A DNA stretch of 64,000 nt, taken from the NCBI GenBank assembly GCA_002104905.1, contig MCFE01000050.1, forward strand, positions 1 through 64,000. The letters run 5' to 3'. The notes beneath the pieces were generated by a model. The model saw only the letters and a program-made list of their open reading frames with translations, was not told the origin of the DNA and did no database searches. Position numbers and translations under genes: made by a program. This document shows, one piece after another, positions 32,172-42,358 of the stretch. This stretch comes from Basidiobolus meristosporus CBS 931.73 (Eukaryota; Fungi; Basidiobolomycota). How positions within the stretch are numbered: the first letter of the stretch is position 1; each line of letters starts with the position of its first letter.

Positions 32172-34059
32172 ATGTCGAGTGAAGAGTGGACGGAAGTCAC
32201 TTCCAAAAACGTGAACCGTAACAACGAGGCCTTGGCTGCCCATGTTTCGCCAAGAAGAAACCCAAAAAAGAAAAGTACGAAGCCACGCCCCAAAATCTCT
32301 GCCGACAAAGGGGATGCTGCCAAGGGCAAAACCCAGGCTAAAGGCCAGGCTTTAAAGGAGGGTAAAAAAGCGAAAGCCAACAAGCAGTCTAACGCAGGTG
32401 CTAAATCCCGTAAGGATTCTACCACCAACGAAGTTTCTGCCGAGCCCAAGACTAGACAACGTTCGAACTCCGAGGCTTCTATTTCTTCGGTCAAATCGGA
32501 TTCTTCGGTCGAGGAAGAGGCGCCTGCCATCCAGCCTCACATCTTGATTCTTTGTCCATTCAACGACTGTTCATCCGAGACTAAGCCTTTCACCGATCCT
32601 GTGTCCCTGAAATCCCATCTCAAAGAACAACATAACGTTGTATTTCGCCATCTCACTCACATGTACATTGCTCTTGAGAAATATCTTTCTTTCTGGGCTA
32701 AGAAGGTAGAGGAGGGTGAGCTTGACACCTACGCTAAGAAGGAGACAACCGAAGGTGAGTTGGCACTCGGCACTTGCGAGGTTGTTTGATTTGTGCTTAC
32801 CAGAGCATATTATAGATGGCGAATTCTATATCATCGATCCCGCTCAATGCCCAATTGACAAGGAAAAGCGTGACGAATTGCAACGTGAGAAGCTGGTATG
32901 TTGATGATGCCCTCCATAAAATACCAAGGTCTAATCTTTCGCCCGAACACGAAAAGAACGAGATCCTCAGAATCCAGGACAAGGAGAGACATGAGGACTG
33001 CCTCAAGTCGCGTAAATGTCTTTTCTGCAAGAATGTTTGCGACAACAGGCAAGTTGCGTTGGGGTTTCGTATAGAGTAGATCAGTGGCCTAATGAATGCC
33101 TGTCTTTGTAGACCTATCTTGTTCAAGCACATGTTTGGGGAACATAACTTCAATATCGGTCTTCCGGACAACCTTGTTGATGTAGATGAGTTCTTGGACA
33201 TTCTTGAAGGCAAATTGAACAAGTACGGATGATTTAGTAGACATCTCAACCCGACCCCACAGCTAATCATTGTATAGCCTCCAGTGCCTCTACTGCGAGA
33301 AGATCTTCACCTCTCCAGCTGTTCTTCGTAAGCATATGCGCAAGAAGAAGCATTTCAAGATCAGCGCACGTAACAGAATGTACGATCGTTTCTACGTAAT
33401 CAACTATCTGGAGCCTGGCAAAAACTGGGAGACTTTCGAGAACGAGAAGTACGACAGTGAGGAGGATCGCCGTGACGACTCCTGGGCGGATTGGGACGAA
33501 GAGGAGCCTGAGCAAACGATGTGTCTGTTCGACGATTACGTAGCGCCTTCACCGAAGGATGCTTGCGAGCATATGGTTGAAGCGCACGGATTCGATCTTA
33601 AGGGGATCCAAGAGCAAAACCGTGAGTCCACACTCTCTTTATTTGCTTCCTACCGAACAGCCCACTTACAATGATCTTTGCAGATCTCGATTTCTACAAG
33701 ACCATCACCCTTATCAATTACATCCGTCACAAGACTGCGAACAATACATGCATGGGATGTGGCGCCAGCTTTGAGACTCTGAAGGAGATGACCGAACACA
33801 TGGAGCAAAACAACTGTTTCCAGAAGGTGCCAGCTGCTGACAGCGAGATCTGGAAGGATCCTCAGTAAGTATCTCGAGATAGGATACCAGCGTTTCTGCC
33901 GCCTAATCAAGTTTCATCAGATATCTTTTCCCAACCTATGAGAACGATCCACTCCTCACTGGAATCGACGATTCCGACGAGTTCGACGAAAGCGACGAGG
34001 TGCAAAACTCCCTCTCTGAGATGCAGCTGGCCAAGGAGGCTGTCGCGACCCAGGAGTAA
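32172..34059 (+). CDS. ZNF277: ZNF277-like C2H2 zinc finger protein, multi-exon
   Basis: CPF..C..HL..QH, CLFCK, HMFGEHNFNIGLPDNLV, CLYCEKIF....LRKHMRKKKH, YDRFYVINYLEPGKNW, LDFYKTITLINYIR, stop TAA 34057-34059. One GC-AG intron at 33049-33111. Confidence 0.88.
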
Positions 34060-34198
34060 ATGTTCGACAAGCATCCACCATCCATCATTCCCCGGCTCAG
34101 TGATCCCTTTCTCACTTGATAATCCAAAAAAACCAACTTGTCTGAAAGTGTCTATCTGCGAGCTGCTCTACCCTAAACAATCCCCACCAGCCCAATGG

Positions 34199-37100
34199 TT
34201 ACATGAAATTTTTCAGCCAGTAAAACATCAGTGTTTCAAAATGTTCGTTTGTTTCGGGGTGTCGTATGCCATGCCCTTCGTTCGGGTAGATCTGTAGTTG
34301 GTACGGTTTTTGGCTCCTCGAAAGGGCATCCACGAGCAGTTCGACATGCGTGAAGTGGACGTTCTCATCGATGAGCCCGTGTGCAAGCAACAGTCGGTGG
34401 TCGCTACAAAAGGGGTGAGTTTCCGGCTTTCCACAATCGCTCGCTTAACCACGGTGCACTTACGTATCCGGGAACTTCTTCACATGATTCAGGACAGACG
34501 CCTCCCGGTAGCCGCTGGGATTCTCTTCCGGAATCCCCATGTATCGTTCGGTGTACGCGGTGTCGTAGAGCATCCAATCGGTGACCGGGGCTCCGGCGAT
34601 GGCAATCTTGAATACATCAGGGTACCGCACCAGTGCCAGCAGTGACAGATATCCACCTGCAAAGCGTATCAATAATTGGCGGGGGGTTGAATGTATGAAA
34701 TGGAAGATACCATAAGACCATCCAGAAATCGCAATCTTGTCCGTGTCAATCATCGGCTTGTCTTGACTCTTGAGTAGATGGTGCAATCCGTCGACCTGGT
34801 CGTCAAGCTCTATGGTCCCCATTTTCCAACGAATGTGCGCTTCAAACTCCAGGCCGCGCTCCGACGAGCCGCGCCCATCAATCATGACCACCACAAATCC
34901 CAGCCTGGTGGCTAGAAACATCCTCAAGAATTGCGGGCATTTGTAAGTGTTGGTTACAACCTGGTGAAGTGTCGATGAATATTGGCACTGTTTACCAACA
35001 AAAAGGACCGGCATACCTGTCCTTTCGGTCCGCCATACACGTGTAATAGTGCGGGGTACTTTTGTCCCTCCACGTAGTCGTCAGGTTGATAGTAGCACCC
35101 GTGGATTCGGGTTCCTGGAGCAGAGGCGTAAGATTGGGTGTGTCATGGATCAGGTATATGCGCCAACCTACCGCCTCTGTTCACAAACGAAAAAAGGTTA
35201 CCAACTGGAAGGTTTGCCTCGGTATTGCTGCCTAAAGACTGAACGCTGGCGCATACATTTGCCTTCGGGAAGATGGATTTATCCTTCCATGTGAGGCAGT
35301 AGATGGAGCATCTCGGTGGCTCACTCAAACTAGAATACAATGTTACAAATCGGGAGCAAGAGGGATCCATGGTGATATCATGGGAATATCCCAGCGGGGT
35401 AAGCCGGATGATGTGATGAGGCGATGCAGTAGCCATGAATGAGGTGACGTAAAGATGGCTTTCGAGAGGGGTATCCCGCCTTGCGGTGAAATAAACCAGC
35501 TTTCGGTGAATGTCCACCGTTAATGGCAGGTCCGCTACCGGCCACTCACCGTGGGTTAGCGGACGTATTACCCAGTGCATGTCAAGTCTATGTTTCTTGA
35601 TGTAATAAAGGTGTCGATAGCCGGAACGCTCGCTACTCCAGATGAATTCGGTGTGGTTCTCATTGGAGCTCTCTAAGAAATGAAAGGCAACTGTATGCTG
35701 AATGCCGAGATTCGGTTAGCTGACAATCACTCAGTCGAAGGGGTACATCTCAAAAATTATACATTGATCCAGCCTATCTTGGCCTCTTCTTCGTAGAGTA
35801 TCTCTACGTGCTGGATGCACTGGTCGTAATCGAAATCGCGGCTGTACTCGTGCATGGTACAAAAATTGGACAATGGGATCTTGACCACTGCCGTGTGCAA
35901 CTGTCTTCTATCTAACACCTGCACCCAAATACTAGTCGAAATAAGCACAATGATCGCCAGCATGGCTCCATGAAATATGGCTCACCCTTTCCCATGAGGC
36001 AGCCACCCAAGACGAATGATGTACTCCATCCAAGGAAACATCTCTTTCAATGTAGCCTTCCCCCAAAGGCGCTTTTGGCTGATGTTTGACTCAAAAGTCT
36101 GATGGATAGTTAATCAGAGTATAGAAAGTAAGTGGGATTGATCTGGAGGCTGTACCTCATTCGGATGCGCGAACTCGACGATCTGTATGTCAGACACTGC
36201 GTTTGGAGTCCCTACGACAGAGGTTGTGAGTAACTTCTGGCAAGGCTAAACAGTAGGAGGCGCGCGTCTACCGGCACGTGGATATCGCAGCTCCTCTGAA
36301 TCGGTACTGTGAGAGAGTCGGACATGCTCTACATTAGCCTCATTTACTCGCAAATACAATATACGTTCCAAGGAATCCGAGCAAGTCGAGGCGAATGGGG
36401 CCCAAAAAAACCCGCTAAACCGGTCAAATTCCTCCTATGACGAGTGAGTATAGGATTCTTTCTCTAACAATCATCCCCATTCCTAGCTACCTGCATCACG
36501 AATTCTGGAATTCCACAGGATGTTCCCAAGTCGTCACTGTCTCCACAAAACGTCAGCTGCATTTCATATCCACTAAGTGTGGACACCCAAATATCTCTAT
36601 GCCTCACATATGCGATCAGATCCCGGTTACGACCACCTATCTTTGGGTCCATTCTGGGTATATGCTTGGAGTATTGAAAGATGGCACTGGGTTGAAACGA
36701 TTTATCCTAGTGGGCCTAAGGTTGAGTTGTGTGGAAAACTGATAGAGCAACGTGGAACGCTCACCCTTCTCACCTCACTAAAGTAGAGGTTCTCCATATG
36801 AGGGAAGTACAATCGTCCAGAAGCTCTCTCATGTAGATACCATGTGATATCGCCTACAGAAGTTCTCTCTTTGGCCGTTCCCTCCTCGGTTGAGGTTTTC
36901 GTTGTCGCGCTTCCCAGGTTTGTACCCAGCAGCATATGCTTCCATTTAAGCACGGGTACCTCGGGGCCTACAGTAGAATGTCGTGAGCTTTGCCGCCCTC
37001 GCCTGCAAAAATCCAAGTAGGGGAACCGGTCAAGTACATACCCTTTGAGTCAGTGTTGTGATTCCGTTGGGGGCTTTTGGCCAACTCCGGTGGCAAGGGT

Positions 37101-37270
37101 ACTGAAAACAAGGTGGCTGCACTGAAATTTCGCCTCGGGTCCGTCCCGATAAAATAGATACAATTGCACCTATCATCGAAAACAAAGTCTTTCATCGTGC
37201 TGAGGCATGGCGAGGGAATGGAGGCCCGAAACGCACGAATCTGCTGTCGTATGGTTTCCCAGGAACTCAT
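34199..37270 (-). CDS. Dipeptidyl peptidase 8/9-like S9B serine peptidase, multi-exon
   Basis: N-terminus MSSWETIRQQIR without a TM anchor. GIPEFVMQ, IDGRGS..RGLEFE, nucleophile GWSYGG, YDTAYTERYMG, HGLIDENVHF, YPNEGHGIR (Ser-Asp-His triad). Confidence 0.9.
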
Positions 37271-37417
37271 CTATGCTCTACGGGCCGTCAGGGTGGGACA
37301 CAAATTCTGGCTATTCACTACCCAGTTTGCAGTAACAATGAAGACTACTATGACATATGCACCAGTCATTTGCAACTATGAGTTTAGGGAGATTTTATAT
37401 CGTCATCCAGAACTCCG

Positions 37418-37428
37418 TAGGGTTAGGG
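37418..37428 (+). promoter_or_regulatory. Short telomere-like motif upstream of the DPP8/9-like gene
   Basis: TAGGGTTAGGG about 150 bp upstream of ATG 37270, with TTTAGGG at 37383. Confidence 0.3.
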
Positions 37429-37652
37429 ATAAGGAATGCTTAAACATACTATCGGAGTGCGCTTAATGGCAACGCTCATTTATATGGAGTATATACATAT
37501 AAAAGTTTGTTTATGAATAAAGATTATGCATACTGGATGTAAAAGATAAGAGTTCGTGGAATTTGGATTATACATTGGCTACATCTGGGTCGCTACATTA
37601 TATATGCGTACTTTCATGGGGGGGGGGGCGCGAGTTGTCCGAAATCATTTTC

Positions 37653-39818
37653 TTACAACGCAGTGATTTGGCTTGGGGGCGAGCTTAGGGTGAGCATGGA
37701 TGACGAATCTGAAGGCTCAGGTGAGCACGTATCGCACAGATTTCTGGATCCATCCTTGTGCCATTGTGGCGAGTCCTTGCGCTGGCATTGGGAACATACC
37801 TTTCCAGAATTAGGAGACGTCTTTCTCTTCTTCTTCTTACGAGATGCAGTAAGTGCCTCCAGCTCCTCTTTCAGCTTCTTGTTCACTAACCGTAGTTGAT
37901 GCAACTCATACTGCCATGTCGTATTTCTGGATAAATCCAACATGTCAAACATGTTGTCTGCCTCTGTAGCGACATGGTCAGTTTGAGGCAAAGGAAGGTT
38001 GGACGAATGGCTAGAATGCTCAGATGACGTATCATCCGCAGACAGCTCCTTCGATTGACAAAGTATAAAAGAGGATTTCCCATTCTTGCAAGCATCGCCA
38101 GGATAGAACACACTTAGCACTTCGACATATTGGCCCTTCTTGTTCTGAATGGTGTGCTTGAGCTTCGTCGTTGTTCCATCTCTGGCTTGATGCAAAGCTT
38201 TCGTGAGGGCGGTTGTTCGGTCAGAACGAACCAACTGATATAGAGACGTGCCGGTAAGCTCGTCTGGTGTGCTTCCTAATAGATTTTGGCACTCCGAGGT
38301 GACATATAGATACATGCCATCCAAGGAAAGTTTGGCCCAGAATTCGTTGTCAGACAAGCCTCCAGACAATTGTAAAGCCTCCCAGGAAAGTCTATAAACT
38401 GGTCGAGATCTTCCAACAAGCACAATACACTTGCGGCCTTTGCCTTGATCTGAGTGAAGCCTTCCCTGTGCTTCGAACCATATATAGCCAGAATTCTTTC
38501 GCTTTACTCGATACACCAAGCTGACAGTATTGGAACCATTGCTTGTGGATTCTTTCAATTCACGCATAACCGGAACCAAGTCGCTGGGCTCGCAAACAGC
38601 GGATATGCTCTGCCCCACCAACTCATCCGGGTCATATTCCAAAACTTTTTTGCAGCTTGGCGAGCAGTACAGGAAAACACCTTTTAACGACAAGACATGG
38701 ATAACATCCTCTGAATGCTCCAAAAGCATGCGGTTCCATAGACGATTTGTTATCTGCTCATCAGTCGAAGCCTCTAATCCAACCAGGTCGAATACTTCAA
38801 GGGGTATTGGGCCGCTTGCTTTGGCATTGGATGGTTGGAAGAAATCCTCAAATGGGTGGTGATATAGCTCCGTCGATACAAGGGGTGGAATATTCAGCAA
38901 GTTGTAGTTCACAACGTACGTGCCATCTTTCATCCGCTCCAAAATACTGTTGGGTTGCTCCACCAAGTCGATCTGGAAGCCAACAAAGTGAGTGATTTCA
39001 TCGCCATCGTATGCGATGGGGATGACAGTAATAAGGTTGATGAAAGGTTGTCCATTCTTCTTGTAGTTGACCAGTGAGTTTTGGGACTCTTTTCCTTGGA
39101 TCATGGTCGATTTGATGTGATGTACCGCAGAGTTATCCGTGAACTTACGACGAGAACCGAGAGTCACCTGTCCGTCAGGTGACTGAAGAAAACGGCAGTT
39201 TCTGCCAATGATTTCAGGCCCCGAGTACCCAGAGAGTTTCTCGAAAGAGGCACTAGCGTATACGATGGGGAAATCAAAACGACGTGCATCTACGACAAGA
39301 AAGGCGCAGCTCATATCCACCGAGCCAATATTGATTTGAGCATTGGAGCGAGTAGCCACTTTTGCCAGGATTCCAATCATATCAAAGCCGGAGTTTGAGT
39401 ACAGTCCAGGGAAACTACTCATAGAGGAATTGGGTGCAGGTGGCGTTGCGGGTTTGGCGGTATCACTGAAGTTGGGTGAAAGAGAACCTGCATGAGGCTT
39501 GGTAACATTTGGAAAGTCGGGAGTTGAGTAGTTCACAAATTCTGGGCTAAACAAGGGCTGATAACTGTTTAGAGGATTTGCGTAAGGAAAATCAAGCAGA
39601 AGGGGTGTAAAGCCGCCCGTTTTAGCAGCCAAGACTTTAGGGTCGGTGGGGCTCATAGGCATCGAGTAATTGTTAAGGGCAGGAGGAGAAAATTGAAATG
39701 GGAAGGGAGGCTCCATTCCATTGTTGGACATTAGGAACGGGTTGTTCTGCGAGTTAATCAGCTCCACTTCGCCTTCCTCATTATGGTTGAATGTGCCATT
39801 ATGTGTGGGAACACTCAT
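37653..39818 (-). CDS. wc-1: White collar-1-like blue-light photoreceptor (LOV-PAS-PAS plus degenerate GATA finger)
   Basis: Intronless. VATRSNAQINIGSVDMSCAFLV, GRNCRFLQ (photoactive Cys) with the WC-1/VVD loop, PAS-B (DVIHVLSLKGVFLYCSPS), PAS-C, coiled coil, KKKKRK, then CSQC-x16-CDTC. First ATG at 39818. Confidence 0.95.
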   Translation of the reverse strand: MSVPTHNGTFNHNEEGEVELINSQNNPFLMSNNGMEPPFPFQFSPPALNNYSMPMSPTDPKVLAAKTGGFTPLLLDFPYANPLNSYQPLFSPEFVNYSTPDFPNVTKPHAGSLSPNFSDTAKPATPPAPNSSMSSFPGLYSNSGFDMIGILAKVATRSNAQINIGSVDMSCAFLVVDARRFDFPIVYASASFEKLSGYSGPEIIGRNCRFLQSPDGQVTLGSRRKFTDNSAVHHIKSTMIQGKESQNSLVNYKKNGQPFINLITVIPIAYDGDEITHFVGFQIDLVEQPNSILERMKDGTYVVNYNLLNIPPLVSTELYHHPFEDFFQPSNAKASGPIPLEVFDLVGLEASTDEQITNRLWNRMLLEHSEDVIHVLSLKGVFLYCSPSCKKVLEYDPDELVGQSISAVCEPSDLVPVMRELKESTSNGSNTVSLVYRVKRKNSGYIWFEAQGRLHSDQGKGRKCIVLVGRSRPVYRLSWEALQLSGGLSDNEFWAKLSLDGMYLYVTSECQNLLGSTPDELTGTSLYQLVRSDRTTALTKALHQARDGTTTKLKHTIQNKKGQYVEVLSVFYPGDACKNGKSSFILCQSKELSADDTSSEHSSHSSNLPLPQTDHVATEADNMFDMLDLSRNTTWQYELHQLRLVNKKLKEELEALTASRKKKKRKTSPNSGKVCSQCQRKDSPQWHKDGSRNLCDTCSPEPSDSSSMLTLSSPPSQITAL

Positions 39819-40797
39819 GGTGCGAAGATGCAACGAAATAAGCTAGTTGGAGAATCAAGTGGTGGATACAATAAGTTAAACAGTGCAATTCTTCCGAAAA
39901 GATGGAGGCCGATTGGAAACTCCTTTATACTCGAAACGATTTTATCGAAATTCTAGTTTCTAATTATTTTTGGAAAAAGGTGAAGATTTCCATGGGAGCT
40001 GGGCCAATCATGCGGGCTCTAGGGCATTTTAGGCCACATCATGTTACGGACTCGGCATATATTGGGCAGAACATCGGGATTATATCATGTACATTTCTAT
40101 TAAATCACATGCTGTTTCTTGTTTCAAGAGAAACCAACAGCAGGGATGCTCGAATCTACGTAATTATTGGAGCCCAATGTCTGTGCCCCAAGTTACTGAA
40201 CCAGCCCTTGGAGTGTTTCCCATTATTATGTGTGAATCAAGTTGATTGAGTGAGCTCGGACTACTAGCCCCAACAGATGTGATGTGTTGTAGATGGGTGA
40301 TCTTGGGATCCTCATTTGTAGCTTTTTGGGCGAACCCCCAAGGGGTAGGTATCATTTTAAGCTGATACTAATTCCTCTTCACCGCATCTTCCTCGCTGGA
40401 TTCTTGGACCAAAGCCATATTTATCATCTGATAAGAAATCATTGTGACCATTTGATTCCAACAATCTATTGTCGCTTACATTGTGGCCTATATAATAAAT
40501 GTTAAAGATTTCCCAACTTTAATCCTGATGGAGAATACGAGACAATGCCTATTGGCTCATGGAAATTGTTGATTTCCAAATCCAGTGAGTTTACCACCAC
40601 ATAAAACGGGACGGGTACAAGGGCAGCCGGTCCATTGACTAAGAAACTAGTTTTAGGCTGAACCCAACTGGCACAAGCCTTGGTCTGTAAAATCACCTAA
40701 CCTCTATACAACCTTTACCTAGATAAAATTGGTTTATTCTCCAGCTGAGTGAACGCACTTGCAACTAACTTCCCTTAAATTCTTTACCAAGTTCATC

Positions 40798-41269
40798 ATG
40801 TAGGTGGCATGCACCCAGTTGTTTGGTCCAGCTTGAATACTTACTATTCCATATCAATAGGTCCCAGAATAAAGCCCAAGGAATCCAGAAGCAGGTAGAT
40901 GAGGTAGTTGGAATCATGCAAAACAACGTGGAGCGAGTCATGGAGCGTGGCGAAAAGTTGGATTCCCTCAATAACAAAGCCGGTAGAGCTGCTGTTCATC
41001 CTCTTATCGATAGCACAGTGTATTCAATTCAATGGAATACCTTTTCTAGACCAACTTGAGGCTGGTGCTCTGCGGTTCAAGCAAGGCACGAACAGAGTGC
41101 GTAAAGCTATGTGGTGGAAGAATATGAAGCTAAAGCTTATTATTGCTGCTATTGTGGTGATCATTTTGATTGCCATCATAGGTAGGCGTCTTGACTTTGG
41201 ATCTTCACTCCATTCATCACTAATCTCAATGGCATCACAGTACCCGTTGTTTTACATTTCCAGAAATAG
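40798..41269 (+). CDS. Synaptobrevin/VAMP R-SNARE (Snc1/2-like), 4 exons
   Basis: AT|intron 40800-40860|G gives MSQNKAQGIQKQVDEVVGIMQNNVERVMERGEKLDSL..KA|DQL...A..F...RVRKAMWWKNMKLKLIIAAIVVIILIAII|VPVVLHFQK*. Confidence 0.92.
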
Positions 41270-42358
41270 CCGACGTCTCAAGAGTGCATATTAACCATGT
41301 ATCTACAGTCAATCTATCTCGGTATCTTGCATTGTGTTGGGACTTTTTCATTCTTAAGGATATTCCCTGTATTGACCCCAAGTACTTGAATATCCAAGCT
41401 AGCCAACACTTCCTGTTTTGATGTTTTTGCCGTAAATTTTCCCAATGCAATAAAATGTTTACAACTACTATGTGAGAACCAGCTCAACTCGTGGGGAAAG
41501 GTGGGTGGTATTCCCTGACAGTCATGGATTACTTCACTTCTCCCGCATTTCCGGGGGATGCTGGATATGGTGTTTGGGGCGATAGGTAGGATATATATGA
41601 CATTCTATAGAAATCAGCATCTTGGCTACACTTGTTTGAGCTTAGTGAGCCTGCACCTTCACACGCGTGCGCTCTCTCTGACTGCAAGCTAATTTTACAT
41701 CTTTGTCCTAAGCAGACTCATTGTTTGGATGCAAGTTCAAGATACATTGCATTTCGCTTGTTTCATGTGACTCTTTGTCGCATTGTGATAGAGCCAATCA
41801 AGTTTAATGATGGGGCTTGTTTATCATATGTCGATCAAATATCGACTTAATTAAAGCCTTTGCTGATTCATTAAGCATTGGTTGGATACAAATGAATTTC
41901 AAGAAAAAGTAAACATTTCGTCCTCGCCACAGATCACGATGCAGACAATAAAGGCACTCCACTTCTGCTCCTACCACCTGGACCTGTCGAACAACAATCT
42001 CATAGATACTTCCGAGCTTCATTAATCCATCACACTGTATAGGTATGTACATACTAGCAGCTCCACATTCTACCCTCCCTTGTCGACATTGTTCAACCCC
42101 TGCCCACCTCGCTTTATTTTGTTCTTGATCATTCCCCGATTCTTTTTATTTATTGGTGTAACCTGCCTTTTTCCTCTACAAATCCCTAGTCCATAATCTC
42201 TAGTAATTATCATTAAATTTATTATTAGCTAGTCTAATATTCTCCTTGTGCGACTTGTTAACTTTTATCCAACATTCACCCCTTCCCTTAGTCTTTATCC
42301 TTTCTAACTTACACTTCATATTGACACAAGTACGAGTTTAGTTTTGCATGAACTTATA

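Noticed and set aside
37618-37628. Poly-G run here, poly-C near 62811-62823 and (CTCCGTCC)3 near 61261
   Set aside because: Simple low-complexity tracts with no supporting context.
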